Below, one piece after another: positions 34,706-46,612 of a stretch of 64,000 nt of DNA (positions are counted from its first letter, which is position 1; each line of letters opens with the position of its first letter). A program made the translations under genes and the position numbers. This DNA comes from Heteronotia binoei (Eukaryota): NCBI RefSeq assembly GCF_032191835.1, contig NC_083228.1, positions 109,926,001 to 109,990,000 of the forward strand, read 5' to 3'. Below the pieces are notes generated by a model. It searched no databases. It was not told the DNA's origin and was given only the letters and a program-made list of their open reading frames with translations.

Positions 34706-34901
34706 NNNNNNNNNNNNNNNNNNNNNNNNNNNNNNNNNNNNNNNNNNNNNNNNNNNNNNNNNNNNNNNNNNNNNNNNNNNNNNNNNNNNNNNNNNNNNNN
34801 NNNNNNNNNNNNNNNNNNNNNNNNNNNNNNNNNNNNNNNNNNNNNNNNNNNNNNNNNNNNNNNNNNNNNNNNNNNNNNNNNNNNNNNNNNNNNNNNNNNN
34901 N
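34706..34901. other. Assembly gap (196 N)
   Basis: Run of N. Confidence 0.99.
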
Positions 34902-36526
34902 GCTGCAGTCTGGAACTCAGAAGCTTATCTTCCTGTTGGATGTGTAAAGAAGCTATCAGGTCCAGGGGTTACATTATTTGTTTTTGGAAAGGGAAAGAGT
35001 GCCAGTTTACTACTTCCTTGTGGACACTAGTGGTACCTTCCTAAGCAGAATTGCACCCTTTTAAGTTTATTGAAGTCAATGAGCTTAGAAAGGTTATATA
35101 ACTCTGTTTAGGACTAGAGTGAAGAACAATAGCTCTGTAAAACTAACAGACCCTTTTGACTGAAAAACCCAATGTCTGTTAAGCCAAGCCAGCATGTTAC
35201 AATAGCGCCATGCAGTGCCTGCGCAAAGAAAGCAGACAACATACTGGGTATCCTTAATGCAGGGATTATGAGTAAGACACAGGGGGTGATTCATTCACTT
35301 TGTTTTGCATTAGTATGGGTTTTTTCCCTTAAAAGTGCACTGCTTAGCTCTTGGTATACATTTCACCAAGTAAGCATATAACAAGAACAGAATAAAGAAC
35401 TATAAAGATGGTTTCTGATTTGTAAAATGTAACACATGAATAATTAGAAGATGATTTTGTTTTGCTTCAAGACTGAAGCCATTTTAGTCTTGGCTTCAAG
35501 TCTTCTAAATTGAAGGTGGCTGACAAATAAACACAGAATAAAGTGTAAAAGTTAAAAAACCACACATGAAACACAAGCCATTTTTTTATTACCTACAGAC
35601 CTCCAAATGCCTTTATGAAACAAAGCACAGAGAAAGTGGACACACTCCACAGGTGGAAACATTCCATGATTTGGCTGCAACAGAAAAGATCTGGGACTGT
35701 ACGGAAGGATTAGATCCAGAATAATGTTCCATCAGAATAAGAGAACTTTCCAGGTTCTCTTTACCACTGCCACATGTTGATGAAATGCTGCTTCTGGTGG
35801 GTAGGGGATTCCAAGGAAAGATGGGAGGGGGGTGGTCTATAGTGCAAAGAGAAAATCAGAGGAAATTGCCATTTTAGTCTCAGTTTACACTGATGGACAT
35901 ATTCTCTGAATGAAGTGTGCCATCATAGGAAGCTGCTACAAGAATTTCAGACTTACAAGTTCGTATAGGCAGATGTAGTCCTTAAATATGTGGGCCTCAG
36001 GTCATGATGAATTTTAACAATAAGAACCAACACCTTGAAGTGAACCTGGAAGTAAATATGGAGCCAACGAAGTTGCTTCAAAATTGGCTGGATATGATTG
36101 AACACAATTCAAGGGGGTTTGGGATAAAGTATGATTAATATATCATAATAAATAAAAATTGATTTTAAAAACAAAAATGCCAAACCCAGGCAAAGTGTGG
36201 CAGGCCATTCTTTAGTACCTGCTATAGCTTCCAAGTTGATTAGAAGGGCAGCCCTCTGTAGAGTGCATGGAAGTAATCTAGCCTAGAAGTTAGAGAAGCA
36301 TAAATCAGCATGACCAGGTTGGTTGACTCTAGTCAGGATACGAGTACACTTCTAGGCAACAACACCAACCTGCTTTTCCAGGAGCAACGTTGGATCCAGA
36401 AAGACCACCCAGATTCTTTATTTCATCACCCAAGGACAACTTCATTCCATTTTAGATTTGCAAATAAATCCTTTCCAGAATATCATCTCATTCAATGACC
36501 TCACATAAATATTGAAGACTATAGAG

Positions 36527-37278
36527 CAGGGGTGTCAAACATCTGGCCTAGGGGCCGAATCAGGCCCCCAGAAGGCTCCTATCAGGCCCTCAAGCAACTG
36601 GCTATCATCTGCTTTCTTCTACCTATATCTTGCTTCCTTCTGCATAACATCTTGCTTGCTTTGCAAGGTTTGCTCAATCACAAAGGAGCTACAGAGCAAA
36701 ACCTCTTATTTCCTCCATGGGCTAAGGCTCCTCCCTTGGGGAGGAAGAGGGCGAAGAAGAGCTTGCTTTGTCAGGTCTCTCAATCACATATCAGAGCTAC
36801 TGATCTAAGCCTCTCTTTCTTCTATTGGCTGAGGCTCCTCCCGCTCTTGGTCCCCTGGGGAAGGAAGAAAAGAGCTAGAGCTTCCTTTGCCTGGTTCCTT
36901 GGATCACATGGGAGAAATACAAAGAAACCACCTTTAAGACCAATGAGTGCTAATGTTTACACATGCTTTAAGTTTTTTTTTAAAAAAAATCTTTTTTTTT
37001 CAAGTTTAAATTTTTTTATTAATTAATAAAAACACAATTCTACAAACATCAACCATAACAATAACAATATCTATAACACAAGCCATCCCGTTTTGTATAT
37101 GACATACAGAGTAAAAATCTAGTAAAAAGCTTGTTTGTCTGTGTCCTTTCTAAAGTTTATATCTCTGCTATCTAATCTTAAATATGTACACATGCGACCT
37201 GGCCCAATGTGGCCTGGCCTGACGAGGCCTCATTTATGTCTGATCCAGCCCTCATAACAAATTAGTTGGACACCTTTG
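36527..37278 (+). mobile_element. hAT MITE (CAGGGGTGTCAAAC TIR family)
   Basis: TIRs CAGGGGTGTCAAAC...GTTGGACACCTTTG; perfect TSD CTATAGAG (36519-36526, 37279-37286); a copy lies in the opposite orientation at 45606-46317. Confidence 0.88.
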
Positions 37279-37504
37279 CTATAGAGCCTTGAGTATCTTC
37301 ATAAATTAGATCCCATGATTCAGCTCCCCAATGGAAACTTTGAGTCCATCAAGTCAAAAATGATGAAAAGACCAAGGAAGAATTGTCCATGAACTCTATA
37401 CCTCTTCTCCAGGTGATTGAAAAGGATAATATGGTCCATTGTGTCAAAGGCTGCTAATAAATCAAGTACAAAATGAAAGAATTTCCCTTATCCAGTTGTA
37501 AATG

Positions 37505-37770
37505 TTGACAGCAGAGGATAGGATTGGCAATAATGGGTTTAAATTAAGGGTGGGCAGGTACCAGCTGGATATTAGGAAAAACTTTTTTACAATAGGAGTT
37601 GTTCAACAGTGGAATAAGCTACCTAGGGAGGTGGTGAGCTCCCCCTCACTGGCAGTCTTTAAGCAGCAGTTGTATAAACACTTGTCAAGAATACTCTAGG
37701 TAGATCGTGCATTGAGCAGGGGTTGGACTAGATGGTGTATATGGACCCTTCCAACTCTGTGATTCTATGA
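37505..37770 (+). mobile_element. CR1 3' fragment
   Basis: Peptide [44 protein letters not shown]; 3' end GACCCTTCCAACTCTGTGATTCTATGAT. Confidence 0.85.
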
Positions 37771-39429
37771 TCTCCCACTAGTGGGGTCACAGATATCTCT
37801 TTCCCAAAACCAAGCCTAAAAAGCCAAAATGAAATTGCTCTAGGGCAAAATCGTTAAAAACAATTTCCTTTCATTTTCTGCCCTGCATTAACAATATATA
37901 TATATATAAGGTGTAATTCTATGTGATTATCCTTATGTGCTGTTTATAACTCAACCCACATCTGTTGGCATGGTCACAACTATGTATACGATCATACAGC
38001 CGGACATCCTTCGTATCTGCTGAATAAATCCACTCAGCTCTGTACTAGTCAGGTTGTGGAACTGGACTGGGTTACTGGACTGGGACTCAAATGATATGCC
38101 TAAAGATGTGAATGTTAGTTTCCACTAATTCTTGAATCACAAGGAATTTGGGGTGAAGCCACCTTGAGGAAAGGCAAGGTATATATGTTTTAATGAATAA
38201 ATAAAACTCTCCCTTTCTGCTGCAATCTGGCCACCCATATCATTCCTCAGCATCCACTATCTCCCAGGAGCAGCATTTCATGTTATCAGTGAGCTGCATT
38301 TGCAGGAGGGAAGCAGGAAAGTTACAATCTACTGATGGCAAATGTAGTCTGGAGCCAACCCATTGTGTCCCAGCTCTCCCCCCCCCCCTATATATCTAGG
38401 TGGTACTTCAGGTGGGGCCTCAAATCTCTAACATGAACTGTGACAGCATAAACCAAGTGGCTGGCCGACAAAACCATATTGCCATCTTATATTTAAAAAC
38501 TGAAACTAGAAAATGATATTACATATACTTTTATGTGTTTCCGTAATTGCTAAATCTCCAATTAACTAAACTCTAGTGATTAGATTTTGCTCTGTAATGG
38601 TACTCCAATTTAATTTTGCACTGTTAATTGTGCTGGCTTTTCAATTTTCTCTGATTTCATTATACAAAGACATTAATCACAGTAATATGACAGTGGACAG
38701 GTCCTTCTTTTTGTATTAGAGTTTAGAAAGGTTAACGTGGGGCCACTTTCTGTGCTGGTGACACTTTTGTGATTGATGTTCTTGACATTACAGAAGCTCA
38801 GAAGGTGGCCTGCCCCAAAACTTAAGGGTGTCAGTTTTTTAAAAAGCAAAAATTAATAAAAGAATATTTAAAAGGTTCCAAAGTAGCACTATGCTTAGAC
38901 AATGAGGTGGCACACTTCATGACACATTCTGCAATCTATCACTGTTAAGCATTCCACTTCTAGAGTTTCATATGTAAAAGTTTGAAACCCACTAAAGAGG
39001 CACAGATATTGTATACCAAATTTAAATATTAGATAATTTTATAATTGGATAATGTTTTTGTATATTGGTCATTATGTTCAACTTCTTTTTGTATGAGTTT
39101 TCTTCTTTTGTCCATAACCTGTAATCCCATGATTTGTGCTGGTCATTGCCATCCTTCTCTGTCTTTAATTCTAACAACAATATTGTTAAGTATAAATATT
39201 TTGAAACTTTCAAAATGGTGGATTGCTTCTTGGAACCAATATTGCAAGCTTCTAATATATGTGTTTTCTTTCTGCTAAATTTAGCTGGCACTTGTGGCAA
39301 AGGAGAGGTTTTTCTGAGAGGCTTCCATTGATCCCTACTATCGTGGAAGATGATGCAGTCATTTTAGTTCCTTTTTTTATTCTGCATCTTGTTGCTAGCA
39401 TTGGTTTCATTTTGTTTCTGTTGTTGATA

Positions 39430-39740
39430 GGTTTAAAAGGAGGTAGGGCAAATTCATGGAGGAGAGGTCCATCAATGGCTGCTAGCCATGGTGACTGAAT
39501 GCAACCTCAACATCTGGAGGCAGTAAGCCTCTGAAGAGTAGTAATAAGAGACAGTGTGTGTTTCTCATTTCCCTCTTGAGAGTTCCAGCACCTCTTTTTG
39601 CAGAAAAAAGTCCTGTTAGGAGGTAACATCAAGGGAAGGTCTTGGACTCTATTCACAGTTTGTTGCCCTCCAGGACAACTGGTTGGTCACTATGTGAAAT
39701 AAGCTACTGGACTAGGTGGACAACTGATGTGATATGGATG
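39430..39740 (+). mobile_element. Old CR1 3' fragment
   Basis: TTTAAAAGGAGGTAGGGCAAATTCATGGAGGAGAGGTCCATCAATGGCTGCTAGCC...GCTCTTATG. Confidence 0.7.
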
Positions 39741-40642
39741 GGCCTCGCTTGTGCTCTTATGCTGATGTTTCTTTTGTTTGTTATATATTTGTTGACAGAT
39801 TACACTGAGAAAAGTTAACATGAGGAAATAAGGACTCATCATTCATTTCTCACAAGGGGGAAGAAAAACTGGGTTATTTGAATCAAATCAGAAGACTTGC
39901 AAAATTTCATCTCATCCCCTAATTCTGCCCCATCACAACCCCATTCCAAACTGCAGGGATGAACTTTTTGAACTTTGATACATGATTTTGATGGACCACC
40001 TAAATAAACAAGTTGTTAGGAATAATTCCATCTTGGTAATGTTGCAATCCAATTGTCAGAACATCTTGCTGCTCTAACCTTGTCCCCAAGGGTGACATCA
40101 AGAAAATGACAATGTTCTTGTTACTCCCAGAAGAGCAATGGAATGTTACATTGAGATACCATCAATCCCTTTCCCCAGCACTGATAGCATCATTAAACTG
40201 AATTTTTATTCTGCCCATTGAGGTATATAGAAAGACCAAAACTGCAGTTACAAGATGAAAATAGGCATAATTACCTTGCTATTTCATTTCACTAGGGAAT
40301 ACTCAATATCAATTATATGACATCTCCATGACATATGGATGGGGGGGGGGTTGATTTAAAATTTTAAAAATGATATTTTTGATTCAGGACATAAGTAGAG
40401 AAAAATCCCTGTGCAGTGATTCTGCTTGTATAGGTCTTGCAAGTGGAGTAGCAGAAAAATGTGTATTTTTGAAAATATTTCTTCTTGTTGTTGTTCAGGA
40501 GAAGTAGAGAACATGAGACCACAACAATTTAATAAATTAATCTGGGTAAAGAAGAGTGTCAATAGTTCTCCCTGTCTTGTTCTTTACATATGAGTGCCCT
40601 GTAGCTCAGTAAATTACTTGTGGCCCAATTTCTTGTTCCAGA

Positions 40643-40867
40643 TAGGGATGTCAGCCTTCAGGTGGGACTGGGGGATCTCCAGGAATTACAGCTCATCTCC
40701 ATGCAACAGAGATCATTTCCCCTGGAGAAAAATGGGTGCTTTGGAGGGGGGATCTATTGCATTGTACCCCACTGTGGTCCCTGTCTTCCTCAGGCTCCAT
40801 TACTGAATTTCCAGGAGTTTCCCAACCCCTCATCTACCATCAGTGGCCAGGGTGACCTACATCCCTA
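40643..40867. mobile_element. hAT MITE; uninterrupted relative of the 16558-19451 host element
   Basis: TAGGGATGTC...ACATCCCTA; TSD-like GTTCCAGA/GTTCAGGA (6/8); shares GGAGGG-CT-GG-GATCTCC-G-AATT and CCAGGA-TTTCCCAACC with 18440-18602. Confidence 0.7.
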
Positions 40868-41860
40868 GTTCAGGAGCAAAGAAAGAATGGAAGAAATATG
40901 AGGCTTCCATGCTTTGGCTCTAGGGACCATTGGATAGATTTCAGTGTTAGTGTGATAGGATATTGTGCTGTCAAAAATAGGAAGAGACTGAAGGAAATTT
41001 AGGATTTTGAAATGACTGGTGATAGACAAGCAACTTCTTTAGCTGTTGCAATCACACTGCAAAAACAACAGCTCCTCCTTAAAGTATCCAACTGTTTTAA
41101 TGGGAGATTGTTGCTTCATATTGTACAAATTACCATTACTGTGCTATCTATTCCAGATGTTCTCTAGATAAAACATTTGCTCATAACTGCCCGTTACTTG
41201 TCCATAAAAAGTATATTACTGCAATACAATATTAGATTATTGGTTTTTTAATGGCCAGTAGAGACTCTAATTCCCATGCCACATTGCTAAGCAAGTTGCC
41301 ATAGGACTCTTCATCATTTTATGATGTCATAATTGTGTCCAGTGGCAGACACAACAGGTATGTAAGTCTCATATACATGGGTCATTTTAAAAATGAATTA
41401 TAGGCTCTTGTTATATCAACAATGGTTTTATCTCCTGTAAGAACTGTTTGCATGTCCACATTCTAGAGCAACTGTTAACTGAAATAATTTAACATTCCAT
41501 TATATTTGCCTGTTATGCAAAGATGTCAGCCATAATAATGGCGCAAAGCCTAGCTCTTATTGTTGATGAATGTTTTGAATATGTTTTATATGACACGTGT
41601 TTTGTATCACAACCATATATGAGGCATTAGATTAGGAAGGAGTTTTTCAAAGGGCTGGTCTTGCCATTTCGCATGGTGAGGCATTGAGCAGATCTGAAGG
41701 TTTCTTTAAGGGCCAGTAAATTGTGAGTGATTTAGTTTATTTTCACTACCACGCAGGGGAAAGGGGTGTCCTCTTTATTTCAAGCATCCAAATTTTTGTT
41801 TTTGTTTTTAAAAAATCGTAACATGGATATGACATCTCTCCAAAAGTGGCTTGCAGCTAG

Positions 41861-42672
41861 TAGGCTTCCCAATCCCCAGGTCCCAGCGGGGATCCCCCAG
41901 TTTTACAAGCTCCCCCTCGCTCACAACCAGCTGGCTGGCAGGGGGAAGCTCCTCCCCCACAGCCACCATATACCTCTAGAGCTCCAGCAGGTTTAGAAAC
42001 CTACAGACAGTTCTGGTTTTAAAATGGGTGCCTTTAAAGTTGAGCAGGAAGCAGGAAACAGGAAGCGCTTCATGGGGAAGGGTCTGTAGCAGCTTCGTCA
42101 GAGCATAGACCCTCCGTTTGTTTTGCTTTCATTTTCAGAGCAAGTATAGTAGTGGAGGAACCAGACCCAGTAAGTGTGTGTGCGTGAGAGAAGGAAGGTT
42201 ACCAATCCCCAGGTGGGGGCAGGGGATTCCCTGGTTTGAAGGCCCTTCCCCCGCTTTAGAAAGCTTTAGAAAGTGGAGGGGAAGGTAATGTCTACTGTGC
42301 ACTCTATTATTCCCTATGGAGAACGATTCCCAAAGGGAATAATGGGGAATTGATCCACGGGTATCTGGGGCTCTGGGGGAGATGTTCTTTGGGGTAGAGG
42401 CACCAAATTTGCAGCATAGCATCTGATGACTTTCTTCAAAACACCCTCCAAGTTTCAAAAGATTGGACCAGGGGGGCAGTTCTATGAGCCCCCAAAGATG
42501 GTGCCCCTATCCTTCATTATTTCTAAAGGTGTGCAATCCCTTTCAATGTGATGGCCAGAACTCCCTTTGGAATTCAATTGTACTTGTTCCAACCTTGCTC
42601 ATGACTTCATCTCCAATATCTCCTGGCCCCACCCCCAAAGTCCCCAGATATTTCTTGGACTTGGCAACCCTA
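41861..42672 (+). mobile_element. Composite hAT MITE (812 bp) with a second, internal left end at about 42197
   Basis: TAGGCTTCCCAATCC...TTGGCAACCCTA; perfect TSD GCAGCTAG (41853-41860, 42673-42680); internal AAGGTTACCAATCCCCAGGTGGGGGCAGGGG. Confidence 0.85.
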
Positions 42673-42863
42673 GCAGCTAGACAGTACAACAAAACCACAT
42701 AGAAAAACAGTATAAAACAAGCAGTGAGAAGCCTAAAATAGGCATTTATAAAACAGTTCCCAGGCTAGAAGCAGATCATAAAACAGCTGAAAAAGTTTGA
42801 ATCCCTTAGTTAAAAGTCAGATCCCATTTGTCCTGCCAGAATATTTGAATTTTTTAAACAATG

Positions 42864-43174
42864 NNNNNNNNNNNNNNNNNNNNNNNNNNNNNNNNNNNNN
42901 NNNNNNNNNNNNNNNNNNNNNNNNNNNNNNNNNNNNNNNNNNNNNNNNNNNNNNNNNNNNNNNNNNNNNNNNNNNNNNNNNNNNNNNNNNNNNNNNNNNN
43001 NNNNNNNNNNNNNNNNNNNNNNNNNNNNNNNNNNNNNNNNNNNNNNNNNNNNNNNNNNNNNNNNNNNNNNNNNNNNNNNNNNNNNNNNNNNNNNNNNNNN
43101 NNNNNNNNNNNNNNNNNNNNNNNNNNNNNNNNNNNNNNNNNNNNNNNNNNNNNNNNNNNNNNNNNNNNNNNNNN
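42864..43174. other. Assembly gap (311 N)
   Basis: Run of N. Confidence 0.99.
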
Positions 43175-43440
43175 TCTATCAGCAATTCTAAAGAGCTGTA
43201 AGATAAAGACAGCATTCCAGGAGAGATATTGTGGATGTGAACAGGGACAGCTTGAAACATTGGCTCATATGATCTTGGATTGTCCGTGGTATGATTTATT
43301 ATAGAGTGAAGTAGATGATAGATCTAGTCCTAAGGAACGGGGTGTCTGTTGATAGAACTAAGTACCATTTTTGTTAAAGAATCCAAGGGTTACTTTAGCT
43401 ACAGCAAAATTCTTCTCACTGTTGATTATATTGAAGGAAA
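43175..43440 (+). mobile_element. RTE-X-like LINE C-terminal fragment
   Basis: Peptide KTAFQERYCGCEQGQLETLAHMILDCPWY (CCHC), homologous to 4615-4833 and 60603-60863. Confidence 0.6.
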
Positions 43441-43736
43441 AGACATACTTTTCATGAAGGATAAAATTTTGGAATAATAATGAAAAGGGGCTAATTTTAA
43501 ATCTAGAAATAAAGTAGATCAAAATACATACATACATATACACACATACATGCACACACAGAGATGAGGATAATAATGATGAAACTGTATAGGAATGGTT
43601 TAGTATGGGCTGACTTGAGTCCTTTGATCAAATGAGTCAACTATTAAAGGAAAGTTAAAAGTCAGGATAAAAAGGAAATGTTTGGGCCTGGTGTCTAAAG
43701 GAAAGACAAAACCCAGACAACGGCATGCCAAAGGTG

Positions 43737-43902
43737 TAGGGTTGCCGAGTCTAAGTCAGAAAATATCTGAGGACTTTGGGGATGGGGCCAGGAGACTTTC
43801 CCATTCCCTAAAATAAATAAATAAAAATACAGCAGTGCAGTTCCCCTGAATGCAGTCTTCATTTCCTCAGCCCCCAACAGCTGGCTGCACTTCCACTCTC
43901 TT

Positions 43903-43934
<32 letters not shown>

Positions 43935-44412
43935 TCACACACACACAAAGAAGCCAAAATAAACACAGTTTGGAAGCACACACTTTATGGTCTCACTAGG
44001 GCAATTTACTCACCATGGGAGTTGTTAAATCCTGTATACTCAACCAAGTTCTTCAGATTAACCCAGGGAAACCAGAGGTTCTACTTTATGCTTTACTCTC
44101 TATTTTACTGTGCAAATGACTTCTGAAGCAACTGTAAAACAAACAGAGGGACTGGGTTGCTTCCCCTTCCTTTCTCACAACAGCCACATTGTTCTTACCC
44201 TGCCCCCATTCAGCCTGGCTCCAGAGATTTAAAGGCACACACGTCTTTCAAAAAGCAAGCTGTTCCCAAGCATCTTCTGAGCCTTCTGAGGTGGAAAGGC
44301 ACATGGTGGCTGTTGGGGCAGAGCTTCCCCTCTCCAGCCAGATGGCTGGGGACAGGAAGGAGCCTGCAAAACTGGGGGATCCCCTGCTGGGACCTGGGGA
44401 TTGGCAGGCCTA
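43737..44412 (-). mobile_element. hAT MITE (676 bp) with a non-homologous interior including a (CT)n(CA)n tract
   Basis: Termini TAGGGTTGCC...TTGGCAGGCCTA; perfect TSD CAAAGGTG (43729-43736, 44413-44420). Confidence 0.82.
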
Positions 44413-44892
44413 CAAAGGTGAAACATTATTACTGGGGGGAAATTATGTGCTGGTCCCAACCTATCTCACTTCTGCAGGCAGAGGCACTGGAAACATGGCT
44501 TAAAAACAGGATATTTACTGGTGGGCTAGACAGTACAAGAGGAGGTGGAATCATAGAATGGGAAGGGATCTCTAGGATCATCTAGTCAAACCCCCTGCAC
44601 AATACAGGAAATTCACAAACACCTCCCCACACACACAGCAGTGACACCTACTCCATGCCAGAAGACTGATTAAAAAAAACAACCCTGGCAAAACTGACCT
44701 GAGGAAAAATTGCTGCCTGATTCCAAAGTGGCAAACAGCATTTCCCTGGGCGTGCAAGAAAGGACCAAGCACTGATGCAACCCTTCCTGACCACCTTCTC
44801 ATGATCTGCCTGAGCTCACAGAATCAGCATTGCTGTCAGATGGCCACCTCTGTTCAAAAACCTCGAAAGAAAGAGAGCCTACCACCTCCCCA

Positions 44893-45170
44893 GAGAGCCA
44901 ATTTAGTGTAACGGTTAAGTGTGCGGACTCTTATCTGGGAGAACCGGGTTTGATTCCCCACTCCTCCTCTTGCACCTGCTGGAATGGCCTTGGGTCAGCC
45001 ATAGCTCTGGCAGAGGTTGTCCTTGAAAGGGCAGCAGCTGTGAGAGCCCTCTCAGCCCCACCTACCTCACAGGGTGTCTGTTGTGGAGGAGGAAGGTAAA
45101 GGAGATTGTGAGCCGCTCTGAGACTCTTCGGAGTGGAGGGCAGGATATAAATCCAATATCTTCTTCTTCT
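44893..45170 (+). mobile_element. Full-length Squam3 (gecko-type) SINE
   Basis: GAGAGCCAATTTAGTGTAACGGTTAAG...CCGGGTTTGATTCCCC head; tail GGATATAAATCCAATATCTTCTTCTTCT; near-identical to 57638-57915. Confidence 0.88.
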
Positions 45171-45605
45171 GTTCCACTAAGGAACCATGCTGTCAAGAAG
45201 TTTTTCCAAATGTTTAGTCAAAAATTCTTTAGATTTCATTTCAACCCATTGGTTCTGGTCTGACCTTCTGGGGGAACAGAAAAGAACTCCACACCATCCT
45301 CTATATGACATCTCTTCAGCCATTTGAAGATAGTGATCATATCACCTCTCAGTCATCTCATCTCCAGGCTAAACATACCGAGCTCTTTCAGCTTTCCTTG
45401 TAGCACTTGGTCTCCAGAGCCCTCACCATCTTTGTTGCCCTCCTTCAGACATGTTCCAGTTTGTCTATATTCTTCTTAAATTGTGGTGCCCAAAACTGAA
45501 CACAATACTGTAGGTGAGGTCAAACCAGAGCAGCATAAAGCAATTCCATCACTTTGCTTGATCTGAACACTCATGATCATGTACAGTCCACTAAGACCCC
45601 TAGAT

Positions 45606-46317
45606 CTGGGGTGTCAAACTCATTTGTTATGAGGGCCAGATCAGATATAAATGAGACTTTGTCGGGCCGTGCCGTGCCATGTAGGGCCAGGCCATGTGCA
45701 TACCTATTTAAGATTAGGTAGCAGAGATATAACCTTTATAAAGGACACAAACATAATTAAATATTTTTCTTTTTAAAAACTTAAAACATGCTTAAAACAA
45801 AAGTAATTGTTGGTTCTTAAAGGTGCTTTCTTTGGATTTCTCTCATGGGATCCAGGGAACTGGGCAAAGAAAGCTTTGGTTCTTTCCTTCCTTCCCCAGG
45901 GGACCAGGAGGGGGAGGAGCCTTAGCCAGTAGAAGAAAAAGAGGCTTGGCTCAGTAGCTCTGCTGTGTGATTGAGAAGAAGAAGAAGAAGAAGATATTGG
46001 ATTTCTATCCCACTTTCCACTCCGAAGAGTCTCAGAACGGCTCACAATCTCCTTTACCTTCCTCCCCCACAAGGAGAGCCTAGCAAAGCAAGCTCTTCCT
46101 CCCCAAGGAAGGAGCCTCAGCCAAATAGAGCCAGAAAAAATAGAGGCTTTGCTCTGCATCTCTTGTGTGATTGAGCAAGCGTGGAAAAGCAGGCTGTGTT
46201 GCAGAAGGAAGCAAGAGAGAGGGAGAAGAAAGCAGATGACAGCCAGTTGCTTGGGGGCCTGATAGGAGCCCTCTGGGGGCCTGATTTGGCCCCTGGGCAA
46301 CATATTTGACACCCCTG
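45606..46317 (-). mobile_element. hAT MITE (CAGGGGTGTCAAAC family) containing a truncated Squam3 at about 45977-46075
   Basis: CTGGGGTGTCAAAC...ATTTGACACCCCTG; perfect TSD CCCTAGAT (45598-45605, 46318-46325). Confidence 0.88.
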
Positions 46318-46487
46318 CCCTAGATCCTTTTTGCACATACTACTGCGAAGACAAGTTTCCCCCATCCAATAATTAGAAATATAGACTTTCAACAATCGTT
46401 ACACTGTGCCCTAAGTAGTATACTCCTCTCCCCTACATTATTCCCCTGCCATGCCCACTACATGGTTTCTTCCTTCCACATGTAAAT

Positions 46488-46612
46488 AGTGAACATATGA
46501 AGCTGCCTTATACGGAATCAGATCCTTGGTCCATCAAAGTCAGTATTGTCTGCTCAGACGGGCAGCGGCTCTCCAGTGTCTCAAGCTGAGGTTTTTCAAG
46601 CCTACTTGCATG
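46488..46612 (-). mobile_element. 3' part of the tRNA(Ala)-like SINE
   Basis: GAACATATGAAGCTGCCTTATAC...GGTCCATCAAAGTCAGTATTGTC, the reverse complement of the 3911-4105 tail. Confidence 0.7.

Larger units (their letters stand above)
44545..46400 (-). mobile_element. CR1 3' region split by a Squam3 SINE and an hAT MITE
   Basis: AATCATAGAATGGGAAGGGATCTCTAGGATCATCTAGTC end; continues at 45171-45605 (CTCCAGGCTAAACATACC, TGTGGTGCCCAAAACTGAACACAATACT) and at 46318-46400. Confidence 0.8.

Noticed and set aside
34594-35044. ORFs spanning the N gaps (also 42797-43304)
   Set aside because: They are open only because N codons contain no stops.
41305-41357. Exon DSSSFYDVIIVSSGRHN with donor CAG|GTATGT (faint FMO-like look)
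   Set aside because: The acceptor lacks a pyrimidine tract, the similarity is too short, and no other FMO exons are present.
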